DNA of 64,000 bases from an uncultured Planctomycetales bacterium (GTDB taxonomy: Bacteria; Omnitrophota; Gorgyraeia; Zapsychrales; JANLHA01): NCBI GenBank assembly GCA_964489065.1, contig CAZAXH010000003.1, positions 127,104 through 191,103 on the forward strand, written 5' to 3'. The notes under the pieces were generated by a model. The model worked only from the letters and a program-made list of their open reading frames with translations, did no database searches and was not told the DNA's origin. Of the stretch, positions 1 through 8,863 are shown piece after piece. The position numbers and the translations under genes were made by a program. How positions within the stretch are numbered: the first letter of the stretch is position 1; the number at the start of each line of letters is the position of its first letter.

Positions 1-104
1 TTTTTTTCCAACGGAAGCGGATGCCCTCAAGCAGCTTTCTGGCCTCGGGAAGAAGGGGTAAGGCTGTGAAAGTGGGAACGGAATTTTAACGGGATTAAGC
101 AGAG

Positions 105-135
105 CCCTGATTCTCAGGTAGAATCAGGGTTTTTT
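105..135 (+). terminator. Rho-independent terminator (9-bp stem ccctgattc/gaatcaggg, 7-nt loop, T6)
   Basis: Perfect inverted repeat 105-113/121-129 followed by tttttt 130-135; read directly from sequence. Confidence 0.7.
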
Positions 136-322
136 GTGGGCGGTCCAGGTGGCTTTTGAGGAAAACAGAACAGGTGTCGAGGGCCCGTATAAAGATTGGA
201 CTGTAAGAGCATTTGGGGGTTGTTAATTTTTCCCCTATGATATAAACTGAAGCTGATAAGCCGGGGCTTGGGAGGGGAAAGTGACCGGCCGTGTTAGTTT
301 TCTTTTGTAAAAAACAAAGAGG

Positions 323-1234
323 ATGTTTATGCCGACGATGACTTTTGACGGGGTGTTTGAAGGCGGGGGCGTGAAAGGAATCGCTCTTATCGGGGCTTTA
401 AAGCGGCTGGAAGAAGAAAATATTTTGTTTAGCCGCGTAGCCGGGACATCGGCCGGAGCGATTACTGCCTCTTTGTTTGCGGCTGGATACTCGGTTGCTG
501 AATTAAAAGAGATCATATGGAAAAAGGATTTTAATGATTTCGCGGACATGTCGTTGTTTAAGCAGGGCCTTTGGAAATTTGTTTTTAGCGCAAATGTGTT
601 GCGGCTGTGGTCTGTTTTGTCCCGTCAGGGCGGGTATGGCTTATTTTCAACGGGAGCGTTGTATAAATGGATCAAGGGATTGTTAAAGGATAAAGGCGTC
701 ACCGATTTTAAATCCGCCGGACGGTATCTTCGCGTTTTCGCCGTGGACATCGTTCATCAAGCCTTGGTGCGGTACGATCAAGACGCTACTCCGGAGGTCG
801 AGGTCGCCGAAGCAGTCCGCCAGTCCATGAGCCTTCCCTTGTTTTTCCGGGGGAGATTTTTTAAAAATTATTCTTTTGTCGTTGACGGCGGCGTTCTGGC
901 CAATTACCCCATTGATACATTTAACGACCGGGGCGGGCTCACATCCACGATCGGACTCAAACTCATATCAGACGAACAAACCCTTCCACCCAGGGTTCCT
1001 GGGAATGTTTTTGCCTATATATTGCGTATTTTTGAAACCATGCAGGTGGCGCATGAAAGACTTCATGTGGAAGAGGCGCAATGGGCCAGGACAATTCCCA
1101 TTCCCACGGGTAAAATTTCAACGATTCATTTTGACCTCTCAGAAGAAGACAAAAAATTTTTATGGGATGCTGGGTATGCGGCGGCCGAGAAAGCCATACA
1201 AGAGGGGCTGTTGACGCCCCAGGGACGAGCCTAA
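323..1234 (+). CDS. Patatin-like phospholipase
   Basis: GGGVKG oxyanion motif, GTSAG (GxSxG) nucleophile motif and DGG motif near the C-terminal half; 303 aa. Confidence 0.85.
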   Translation: MFMPTMTFDGVFEGGGVKGIALIGALKRLEEENILFSRVAGTSAGAITASLFAAGYSVAELKEIIWKKDFNDFADMSLFKQGLWKFVFSANVLRLWSVLSRQGGYGLFSTGALYKWIKGLLKDKGVTDFKSAGRYLRVFAVDIVHQALVRYDQDATPEVEVAEAVRQSMSLPLFFRGRFFKNYSFVVDGGVLANYPIDTFNDRGGLTSTIGLKLISDEQTLPPRVPGNVFAYILRIFETMQVAHERLHVEEAQWARTIPIPTGKISTIHFDLSEEDKKFLWDAGYAAAEKAIQEGLLTPQGRA

Positions 1235-1248
1235 TCCGATACAAGCTT

Positions 1249-1275
1249 TTCCCCTGATTGGGGAACGGCTTTTTT
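1249..1275 (+). terminator. Possible intrinsic terminator after the patatin gene (6-bp stem ttcccc/ggggaa, T6 after a 4-nt spacer)
   Basis: Inverted repeat 1249-1254/1260-1265, tttttt 1270-1275. Confidence 0.45.
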
Positions 1276-1292
1276 GTCCGAAATAAAAAGGA

Positions 1293-1982
1293 GTGATTAT
1301 GAAAAAAATATTCGTCTTGACTATTTCCGTTATAGCCGCGGTCGTGTTTTCCCTTTCTTCTCCGGCGAACGGGCAGGAAATGAAACCGATCCAGCTTCTC
1401 CCCCCCGGGACAACCGGCGGCATGCCCTTGATGCAGGCTTTGAAGGAAAGAAGAAGTTCCCGGGAATTCAGTCCGCGAGAACTGCCTTTACAGGTTTTAT
1501 CTGACCTGCTTTGGGCGGCGAACGGGATGAACCGCCCGGAAACAGGGCACCGTACGGCGCCAACTGCTATGAATATGCAGGAGATCGATATTTATCTGGC
1601 TAAACCCGACGGGCTGTATCTGTTTGACGCAAAAAACAATATGTTGCAGCCGGTCTTAGGCGAAGATATCCGGGCCCTAACCGGCCAGCAGGGCTTTGTT
1701 AAAGACGTTCCGGTGAACCTGATTTATGTGGCGGACCTTTCCAAAGTCAGGAGACTGTCCGGCCCGGACATCGATTTTTATACGGCGATGGATGCGGGTT
1801 TTATCGGGCAGAACGTTTATTTATACTGTGCTTCGGTAGGGCTAGTGACGGTTGTGCGCGGTGCGATCGACAGACCGGCCTTGACCCAGGCGATGAATTT
1901 ACGCGAGAATCAGAAGGTCCTTCTCGCGCAGTCGGTAGGGTATCCGAGAGACGCCTCCCCCGCCGGACCGTTGGAGCCTTAA
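1293..1982 (+). CDS. Nitroreductase-family (SagB/ThcOx-like) protein with N-terminal signal peptide or signal anchor
   Basis: Hydrophobic N-terminus MIMKKIFVLTISVIAAVVFSLSSPANG followed by a nitroreductase-fold region (LWAANGMNRPETGHRTAPTAMNMQEID...). Confidence 0.65.
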   Translation: MIMKKIFVLTISVIAAVVFSLSSPANGQEMKPIQLLPPGTTGGMPLMQALKERRSSREFSPRELPLQVLSDLLWAANGMNRPETGHRTAPTAMNMQEIDIYLAKPDGLYLFDAKNNMLQPVLGEDIRALTGQQGFVKDVPVNLIYVADLSKVRRLSGPDIDFYTAMDAGFIGQNVYLYCASVGLVTVVRGAIDRPALTQAMNLRENQKVLLAQSVGYPRDASPAGPLEP

Positions 1983-2061
1983 TAGCGCGGGAAACCGTTG
2001 GGGATTCAGCGGAAATTCAGCAAGGCCGCCGGTTTGGCGTGTTAAAACGGGATCGGGGACT

Positions 2062-2835
2062 ATGGAAGTGAGCGGCCGATGTCTGGTAGAAGAATCCTCC
2101 CCGGATCAAAAGAGACAAAAAGGACACGTGAACGCCGTGAAAACGAAATCGCTTATTTTGATTGTTGAAGACGAACAAGACATCGTCAAGATGCTGGAGT
2201 ATAACCTTCAGAAGGAAGGATACCGCACGGCATCTGTTGGCAACGGCACGGACGTGGTTCAAACGGCCCTTCACGAGCACCCGGATCTTATTCTTCTTGA
2301 TCTTATGCTCCCCGGAATGGATGGCTTTTCTGTTTGTCAGGAACTTCGCAAGCAAGGTCTAACGGCGTCCATCCCGATCATTATGCTGACGGCCAAGAGC
2401 CAGGAAGCGGATAAAATTATCGGGCTTGAGCTGGGAGCCGATGATTATGTGACTAAACCTTTCAGCCCGAGAGAGCTGTCGGCCCGGGTTAAGGCTGTTT
2501 TGCGCCGCAGCCACAGGCAGTGTCATCTGCCGGAAACGTTATGGTTGGGGGACTTGATGATTGATTTTTCAAAGATCAGGGTGACGTTTAAGGATAAAGT
2601 TGTCGAGCTGACGGCCAAAGAGTTTGAATTGCTTAAAACATTAATTCAGGCCAAAGGCCGGGTTCTGTCCCGGGATTACCTTTTGGATACCGTCTGGGGC
2701 CTTGATCACGCCGCCGAAATCCAGACGCGCACGGTGGATGTTCATATCACGACATTACGCAAAAAACTTTGTGCTGCGGCCGGACACATTGTTACAGTCA
2801 AAAATTACGGATATCGATTTGATTCCGAGCGTTAA
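2062..2835 (+). CDS. phoB: OmpR/PhoB-family response regulator (phosphate regulon regulator)
   Basis: Receiver domain (LILIVEDEQDIV...DLMLPGMDG...MLTAK) plus winged-helix output (VDVHITTLRKKL). Directly upstream of phoR-pst-phoU. True start may be an internal GTG (about 2128/2137). Confidence 0.85.
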   Translation: MEVSGRCLVEESSPDQKRQKGHVNAVKTKSLILIVEDEQDIVKMLEYNLQKEGYRTASVGNGTDVVQTALHEHPDLILLDLMLPGMDGFSVCQELRKQGLTASIPIIMLTAKSQEADKIIGLELGADDYVTKPFSPRELSARVKAVLRRSHRQCHLPETLWLGDLMIDFSKIRVTFKDKVVELTAKEFELLKTLIQAKGRVLSRDYLLDTVWGLDHAAEIQTRTVDVHITTLRKKLCAAAGHIVTVKNYGYRFDSER

Positions 2836-2851
2836 TTTTATCACCCGAGCC

Positions 2852-4633
2852 ATGAAAATCATCCCAAGTCTTACCCTGAAACTGATTTTGTCCTACCTTT
2901 TGATTATCCTCATTTCCTTTGGTTTTGTCGCTGTTTTTCTGGAAAGGAATCTTGAAAAGGATATGCTGCAGGAAAGAAAGGCGTTCCTTATTCATCATGC
3001 CGCGTTGCTTTCAAATCAAATTCCCCGGCGAAACTTTGTCCTTGAAGACGTCCGGTGGCTGGAAAATTTTGTGGTGCAGCAAAGCGCGCAATCTGGCTGC
3101 CGGATTACGCTTGTTTCGAAGACGGGGAAGGTTTTAGCCGATTCGGAAAAACGGCCGAAACAGCTTTCCGGGATGGACAGCCATGCTAACCGCCCGGAAA
3201 TCCGGTTCGCTTTATCAGGAGGAACCGGGGTCGAGGCCCGGTATTCTCTTACATTGAAAAAGAACATGCTTTATGTCGCCGTCCCTTTTCAGGATGGTGC
3301 CGGGATTTTAGGGGTGGTCAGGTTGTCCCTCCCGCTGACACAGGTTGAGAACACGGTGGTTCTGATCAGAAAAACGGTTGTGTCCGGGGGATTGATTGCG
3401 CTGGGCCTCGTGTTGATATTGGGATTATATTTTATTACAAGGACGATCCGGCCCATCAAACAGATGATTCAGGTCTCGCAAAAAATATCCGACGGGGACT
3501 TTAGCAGCCGCGTCATCCCCATGTCGCACGACGAAATCAGGGATCTTGCTTTGACCCTCAATACCATGGCCCAGCACATTGAGGATAAGATCAAGGAGCT
3601 CAACACGCGCAATCAACAACTGGCGGCTATTTTTCACAGTATGGGCGAAGGCGTTGTGGTTACCGATAAGGGAGGGCGCATCCTTTCGATTAATCCGGCG
3701 ATTGAAAGAATTTTCGGAATAAATAATTCGGATGTGAGGGGAAGGCCTTTTCTGGAAGCGATCCGAAATAATGACCTGGCCGAGGTTCTCCTCACTGTTT
3801 TGCGGGAAGGAAAACCTGTGTCCCGGGAAATTTATCCGCTTTTACCGGTCCGGAAAACCTTTCAAATGAATGCCGTCCCCATTTTTGAAGGCCGGGTTAT
3901 TAACGGGTGCTTGGCCGTTATTCATGATATCACGGACATTAAGCGCTTGGAGACCATGCGCCGTGATTTTGTCGCTAACGTTTCCCACGAGTTGAAGACG
4001 CCGCTCACGACCATAAAGGGGTTTGTGGAAACCCTCCTGGGCGGCGCTTTGGACGACCGGAAAAATAACCGTGCTTTTTTAAAGATTATTCAGAACCATA
4101 CGGAGCGGCTGCATACGCTCGTGAATGATTTGTTGTCTTTGGCGCTTTTGGAGTCCAAGGCATCCGTTTTTCATCTTGAAAGAACGCCTTTGCGCCCTTT
4201 GGCGGACACCGCCTTGGCCGATGCGCAGCCGCAATGGCAGAAAAAAAGTTTGACGGTTAAGAATGATATCCCTCCGGACCTTTTTGTCCTGGCTGACAAA
4301 GATAAATTGTTGCAGGTTTTCAGCAATCTTATTGAGAATGCGGTTAAATTCAACAGGGATAACGGCGTCTTAACTGTTTTTTGTCAGGACTTGACCGCTG
4401 CTCAGGTCAAGGTGTGCGTGGAAGACACCGGAATTGGTATCCCGGAGAAGGATCTTTTACGGATTTTTGAACGTTTTTACCGGGTTGACAAAGCCCGTTC
4501 CCGGCAGCTAGGGGGGACGGGGCTAGGGCTTTCGATCGTCAAACATATTATTGAAAAGCACCAGGGAAAAGTTGGGGTGGAAAGCACGGAAGGTTTGGGG
4601 TCCCGGTTTTGGTTTACGCTTGCGAAAGCATAG
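2852..4633 (+). CDS. phoR: PhoR-like sensor histidine kinase (2 TM, HAMP, PAS, HisKA, HATPase)
   Basis: HAMP, PAS (IFHSMGEGVVVTDKGGRIL), H-box FVANVSHELKTPLT, HATPase G-boxes (GTGLGLSIVK). The ORF-track start at 2702 overlaps phoB; Met at 2852 (MKIIPSLTL..., TM1) is chosen. Confidence 0.85.
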   Translation: MKIIPSLTLKLILSYLLIILISFGFVAVFLERNLEKDMLQERKAFLIHHAALLSNQIPRRNFVLEDVRWLENFVVQQSAQSGCRITLVSKTGKVLADSEKRPKQLSGMDSHANRPEIRFALSGGTGVEARYSLTLKKNMLYVAVPFQDGAGILGVVRLSLPLTQVENTVVLIRKTVVSGGLIALGLVLILGLYFITRTIRPIKQMIQVSQKISDGDFSSRVIPMSHDEIRDLALTLNTMAQHIEDKIKELNTRNQQLAAIFHSMGEGVVVTDKGGRILSINPAIERIFGINNSDVRGRPFLEAIRNNDLAEVLLTVLREGKPVSREIYPLLPVRKTFQMNAVPIFEGRVINGCLAVIHDITDIKRLETMRRDFVANVSHELKTPLTTIKGFVETLLGGALDDRKNNRAFLKIIQNHTERLHTLVNDLLSLALLESKASVFHLERTPLRPLADTALADAQPQWQKKSLTVKNDIPPDLFVLADKDKLLQVFSNLIENAVKFNRDNGVLTVFCQDLTAAQVKVCVEDTGIGIPEKDLLRIFERFYRVDKARSRQLGGTGLGLSIVKHIIEKHQGKVGVESTEGLGSRFWFTLAKA

Positions 4634-4653
4634 GGGGGCCGGTGCGGAAAAAA

Positions 4654-4675
4654 TTTACAAAAATTTAACATGTTA
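4654..4675 (+). promoter_or_regulatory. Candidate Pho box upstream of pstS: TTTACA-N5-TTAACA direct repeats overlapping the palindrome TAACATGTTA
   Basis: TTTACA 4654-4659, TTAACA 4665-4670 (11-bp period, like PhoP/PhoB TT(A/T)ACA repeats). Perfect 10-bp palindrome 4666-4675. Lies about 110 nt upstream of the pstS start. Confidence 0.4.
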
Positions 4676-4783
4676 TTAACTTCCTTTTATTTCATATAAG
4701 CGAAAATGCTTTCTGCTGAGCGAGTTGATAACATCCCAGGAACCGATGTTGTGTGCCCGGATTATTCACGTTGAGGAGGGATT

Positions 4784-5638
4784 ATGTTCAAAAAACGATT
4801 TATAGCCATCATTCTGCTGTCATTCCTGTTGGCATCCTGCGCTACGTCGGAAACCAATTCAATTCAGATTAAGGGGTCGGACACGATGGTGAACCTGGTT
4901 CAGGCTTGGGCGGAAAAATATATGGAAAAAAGCCCGGGCGCTTTTGTGGCCGTCACCGGAGGGGGGTCGGGGACCGGGTTGTCCAGTTTGATCAGCGGGA
5001 CCTGCGATATCGCCATGAGTTCCCGGAATATCAAGGACAAGGAACTTGCTTTAGCGGAAAAGCAAGGGATTCATGCCTACGAGATTAAAGCGGCTTTAGA
5101 TGGCTTGGCGGTCGTGGTCAACCCCCAAAACCCGGTTGATCGTTTGACCCTGGATCAACTCGCCGCCGTTTTTACCGGAAAGATTGTCAATTGGAAAGAA
5201 TTAGGCGGCACCGACGAGAGGATCGTGCTCCTTTCCCGGGAGGTGAATTCCGGAACACATGTTTATTTTAAGGAACATGTGTTAAGAAAGAATAACCCTG
5301 ATTCCCAGGAGGAGTTTGCCCCGAGCGCCTTGATGCTTTCTTCTTCCCAAGCCATCGCGGATGAGGTTGCCGGGAACTCCGCCGCCATTGGGTATTACGG
5401 CATGGGTTATGTTTCCGCCAGCCAAAAACCGGTTGCGGTCGCGCAGGAGACCAGCGGGGAATATGTCTTGCCTTTGATCGAAAACGTTATGAACGGGACG
5501 TATCCGATTTCCCGGCCGCTTTTTCTGTATACCAACGGTACCCCCTCGAGTTTGGTCGGGGCATTTATCGATTTCGCGCTTTCCCCGGAAGGGCAGGACA
5601 TTGTGCGTGTCATGGATTTTGTCCCGCTTGCGGAATAA
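4784..5638 (+). CDS. pstS: Phosphate ABC transporter substrate-binding lipoprotein PstS
   Basis: Lipoprotein signal LLASCA; PstS/PBP-type fold motifs (GSDTMVNL..., SGTH); first gene of the pstSCAB order. Confidence 0.85.
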   Translation: MFKKRFIAIILLSFLLASCATSETNSIQIKGSDTMVNLVQAWAEKYMEKSPGAFVAVTGGGSGTGLSSLISGTCDIAMSSRNIKDKELALAEKQGIHAYEIKAALDGLAVVVNPQNPVDRLTLDQLAAVFTGKIVNWKELGGTDERIVLLSREVNSGTHVYFKEHVLRKNNPDSQEEFAPSALMLSSSQAIADEVAGNSAAIGYYGMGYVSASQKPVAVAQETSGEYVLPLIENVMNGTYPISRPLFLYTNGTPSSLVGAFIDFALSPEGQDIVRVMDFVPLAE

Positions 5639-5641
5639 TGT

Positions 5642-6505
5642 ATGCGTAAATTCAAAGAATTTATTATAGAAAAGCTTATTTTGGCCTGTGGCGTGGCTTC
5701 GATTTTTTTTGTCGTTTTGATTTTTCTCTTTTTGGTTAAAGAAGGGCTGGCTGTTTTTAAGTCTGTGAGTTTTTCGCATTTTTTGTTGGGACATAAATGG
5801 TATCCTATTTCCGAACCTCCCCAGTTGGGAATCCTCCCCCTTGTCTTGGGCTCCATTCTCGTCACGGTCGGCGCTGCTGTCATCTCGGTTCCTATCGGCG
5901 TCGGGTGCGCCGTTTATATCGCGGAAATTGCCCCTGTGCGGGTCAAAGAAGGTCTGAAGGCAGGCATTGAATTGCTGGCGGCGATTCCCAGTGTGGTCCT
6001 CGGTTTTGTCGGCATGGTTACGCTTGTTCCTTTGGTTAAAAACGTCTTTCATCTTCCGACGGGGTTGACGGCGTTATCCGGATCGATCATGCTGGCGTTT
6101 ATGGCCATGCCGACGATCGTTTCTATCGCGGAAGACGCTTTGTATTCGGTTCCTAAAAATTATAAAGAGGGCGCGTTTGCCTTGGGGGCTACGCACTGGC
6201 AGACCATTTGGCGCGTCATGTTGCCGGCGGCGTCCAGCGGGATTTTGGCCGCCGTCATGCTGGGGATCGGCCGCGTGATCGGCGAAACTATGGCGGTTAT
6301 GATGATCACGGGCAATGCCGCGATCATCCCCAAAAGTATTTTAGTCCCGGTCCGGACTCTGACGGCGACCGTCGCGGCGGAGATGGGGGAAGCCGTCGTG
6401 GGCAGTGAGCATTATTTTGCACTTTTTGCCATCGGGATTGTCCTGTTTGTGATCAGTTTTATGATTAATGTAACGGCGGATTTATTCCTGCATAAAAGGC
6501 CGTGA
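5642..6505 (+). CDS. pstC: Phosphate ABC transporter permease PstC
   Basis: 6-TM permease with EAA-like loop (AFALGATHWQTIWRVMLPAASSGI); position after pstS. Confidence 0.85.
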   Translation: MRKFKEFIIEKLILACGVASIFFVVLIFLFLVKEGLAVFKSVSFSHFLLGHKWYPISEPPQLGILPLVLGSILVTVGAAVISVPIGVGCAVYIAEIAPVRVKEGLKAGIELLAAIPSVVLGFVGMVTLVPLVKNVFHLPTGLTALSGSIMLAFMAMPTIVSIAEDALYSVPKNYKEGAFALGATHWQTIWRVMLPAASSGILAAVMLGIGRVIGETMAVMMITGNAAIIPKSILVPVRTLTATVAAEMGEAVVGSEHYFALFAIGIVLFVISFMINVTADLFLHKRP

Positions 6506-7353
6506 TGAAAAATCCTTATCGCACACAATCTATTGCATTCTTTTTCCTGCTTTTAGCCACGTTGCTGATCGTGGTGCCGGTCGGGCTCGTTGTGGTCATT
6601 ATTGTTCAGAAAGGCTTGCCGGCCATCCATTGGACGTTTCTGTCCGACATCCCGCGGCAGGGCATGCGTGCGGGAGGCATTTTCCCGGCCATCGTCGGAA
6701 CGTTTTATTTGGTCAGCGGCGCCATTGTTTTTGCCCTGCCGATTGGTCTTTTGGCCGCGGTCTATTTGACGGAATATGCTAAAGACAATTTACTGACGAG
6801 GATCATCAAGCTGGCGATCGTGAACCTGGCCGGGGTCCCTTCGGTTGTTTACGGGTTGTTTGGTTTGGCGCTTTTTGTTGTGTTTTTTAAGCTCGGGGCC
6901 TCGATCCTTTCGGGCTCGTTGACGCTGGGGATTATGATTTTACCGATCATCATCACAACCTCGCGGGAAGCGCTTGAAAGCGTCCCGGCTTCGTTCCGGG
7001 AAGTGAGCCTGTCTCTGGGAGTCAGCAAGTGGCAGACGATCCGGCATATCGTTTTTCCAAATGCGATCCCCGGAATCTTGACAGGAACGATTTTGGGTTT
7101 GGGACGGGCCGCCGGGGAAACGGCGCCGATCCTTTTTACCGTCGCGGCCTTTTATCTGCCGCAACTCCCGGGTTCGATTTTTGACCAGGTCATGGCTTTG
7201 CCCTACCATTTATATGTTATCTCGACGCAGGTCCCGAATGTTGACGAAAAAATCCGTTACGGGACGGCGTTTGTTTTATTGGCGCTGGTCTTATTTATGA
7301 ATCTCATCGCGATCGTGATCCGTTCCAAATTCCGAAAGAAAAAGAAATGGTAA
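6502..7353 (+). CDS. pstA: Phosphate ABC transporter permease PstA
   Basis: Permease with EAA loop (SLGVSKWQTIRHIVFPNAIPGI); ATGA overlap with pstC. Confidence 0.85.
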   Translation: MMKNPYRTQSIAFFFLLLATLLIVVPVGLVVVIIVQKGLPAIHWTFLSDIPRQGMRAGGIFPAIVGTFYLVSGAIVFALPIGLLAAVYLTEYAKDNLLTRIIKLAIVNLAGVPSVVYGLFGLALFVVFFKLGASILSGSLTLGIMILPIIITTSREALESVPASFREVSLSLGVSKWQTIRHIVFPNAIPGILTGTILGLGRAAGETAPILFTVAAFYLPQLPGSIFDQVMALPYHLYVISTQVPNVDEKIRYGTAFVLLALVLFMNLIAIVIRSKFRKKKKW

Positions 7354-8093
7354 AATTTGATGTTAAGAATTTGAGCGTCCATTTCGGGCAGATTCAGGCT
7401 TTAAAGCAGGTTAGCTTGGCTATTCAGGCTAACGAGATTTTAAGCATTATCGGCCCTTCCAACAGCGGGAAGACGACTTTCTTGCGGATGTTGAATAGGC
7501 TCAATGAACTTCACGTACATTTTCGGATGGAGGGGGCGATACGAATCGGCGAGGAAGATATCTTGCGGATCGATGTGGAGCTGTTAAGAAAAAAGGTCGG
7601 GATGGTGTTTGCCTTGCCCCTGCCGTTGCCGTTTTCGGTGTATGATAATGTGGCTTACGGGGTGCGCATGCATGGCGAAAGGAATAAAAAGAAGGTCACC
7701 GAAAGAGTGCGCGTGGCTCTTCAGGAGGCGTACCTTTGGGAGGAAGTGAAAGACCGGCTGGAGGAATCCGCCTTTAAGTTGTCGGGCGGCCAGCAGCAAC
7801 GATTGTGCATCGCCCGGACATTAGCGGTGGAGCCGGAAGTGATTTTGTTTGACGAACCCTGTTCCGGGCTTGACCCTATTTCAACGGCCAAGGTTGAGGA
7901 CGCTATGCTTAAGCTTAAAACTCGGTACACGATTGTCCTGGTAACCAACAACGTAAAGCAGGCCGCCCGTGTGGGCGACCGGACCGCTTTTTTCTTGGGC
8001 GGGGAGTTGATCGAACTGGATGGGACAGAAAAAATATTTACGGCGCCCGGCGACCAGCGCACGGACGATTATATCCGGGGGAAATTCGGTTAA
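7347..8093 (+). CDS. pstB: Phosphate ABC transporter ATPase PstB, copy 1 (H-loop His replaced by Asn)
   Basis: Walker A GPSNSGKTT, signature LSGGQQQRL, Walker B ILFDEP. H-loop region reads VLVTNNVKQAARV where PstB normally has VTHNMQQAAR. Confidence 0.85.
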   Translation: MVKFDVKNLSVHFGQIQALKQVSLAIQANEILSIIGPSNSGKTTFLRMLNRLNELHVHFRMEGAIRIGEEDILRIDVELLRKKVGMVFALPLPLPFSVYDNVAYGVRMHGERNKKKVTERVRVALQEAYLWEEVKDRLEESAFKLSGGQQQRLCIARTLAVEPEVILFDEPCSGLDPISTAKVEDAMLKLKTRYTIVLVTNNVKQAARVGDRTAFFLGGELIELDGTEKIFTAPGDQRTDDYIRGKFG

Positions 8094-8848
8094 TGTCGGA
8101 AATTGTGGCGAAAAATTTGAATCTGTGGTACGGGTCGTTCCACGCACTCAAAGACGTTAACGCGTCATTCGGGGAAAAGCGCATCACGGCCATCATCGGC
8201 CCTTCGGGATGCGGTAAATCGACGCTTTTGAGGGTTTTTAACCGGATGAACGATTTTGTGGACGGGGTGCGTATGTCAGGAGAGGTGGTCATCGAAGGCA
8301 AGAATATTTTGAGCGGCCGCACGGACCTGGTGGCGCTGCGTAAAAAAGTCGGCATGGTTTTTCAGCGGCCCAACCCTTTTCCTCTGTCGGTGTATGAGAA
8401 TATCGTCTTCGGGGAAAGAATCCATGGCGGGCCATTGTCGAAGAATTTTTTGGATGCTATCGTAGAGAAAAGCTTAAAGAGCGTTTTGTTGTGGGAGGAG
8501 CTTAAAGACAGGCTGCGCGCATCGGCGTTGTCCCTGTCTCTCGAACAGAAACAGCGGTTGTGTGTGGCTCGTCTGATCGCGGTCAAGCCGGATGTTCTGC
8601 TTATGGATGAGCCCTGTTCGACCCTGGATCCGCAGGCGACCACTCGCATTGAAGAATTGATGAGGGAACTGAAAAGCGAATATTCGATCATTATCGTGAC
8701 GCACAACATGCAGCAGGCGGCTCGCGTTTCGGATGACACCGGGTTTATGTTGCTGGGAGAATTAATAGAGTTCGGGAAAACCACTGAAATTTTTACCGCG
8801 CCTCAAGACCGGCGCACGGAAGAATACATAACCGGACGGTATGGTTAA
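8093..8848 (+). CDS. pstB: Phosphate ABC transporter ATPase PstB, copy 2 (degenerate signature motif)
   Basis: Walker A GPSGCGKST, Walker B LLMDEP, canonical H-loop VTHNMQQAARV. Signature reads LSLEQKQRL instead of LSGGQQQRL. Confidence 0.85.
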   Translation: MSEIVAKNLNLWYGSFHALKDVNASFGEKRITAIIGPSGCGKSTLLRVFNRMNDFVDGVRMSGEVVIEGKNILSGRTDLVALRKKVGMVFQRPNPFPLSVYENIVFGERIHGGPLSKNFLDAIVEKSLKSVLLWEELKDRLRASALSLSLEQKQRLCVARLIAVKPDVLLMDEPCSTLDPQATTRIEELMRELKSEYSIIIVTHNMQQAARVSDDTGFMLLGELIEFGKTTEIFTAPQDRRTEEYITGRYG

Positions 8849-8863
8849 AAATAGGAGGATTGA

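Noticed and set aside
2702-2851. ORF-track start of phoR at 2702 and of other ORFs extended upstream (27268, 33554, 39937, 41397, 43536, 51181, 16827, 19907)
   Set aside because: The extensions overlap the preceding gene or span terminator hairpins and lack an RBS. Internal Met codons with AGGAG-like RBS and proper domain starts are preferred.
5282-6052. Long minus-strand ORFs in the six-frame track (for example 5282..6052, 33406..34305, 49430..50446, 29944..30549, 44447..45073)
   Set aside because: Each lies antisense inside a well-supported + strand gene with clear family motifs (pstS/pstC, nqrD/E, glnN, nqrA, the ANTAR regulator). They show low-complexity, Arg/Pro-rich translations typical of shadow ORFs in GC-moderate DNA.
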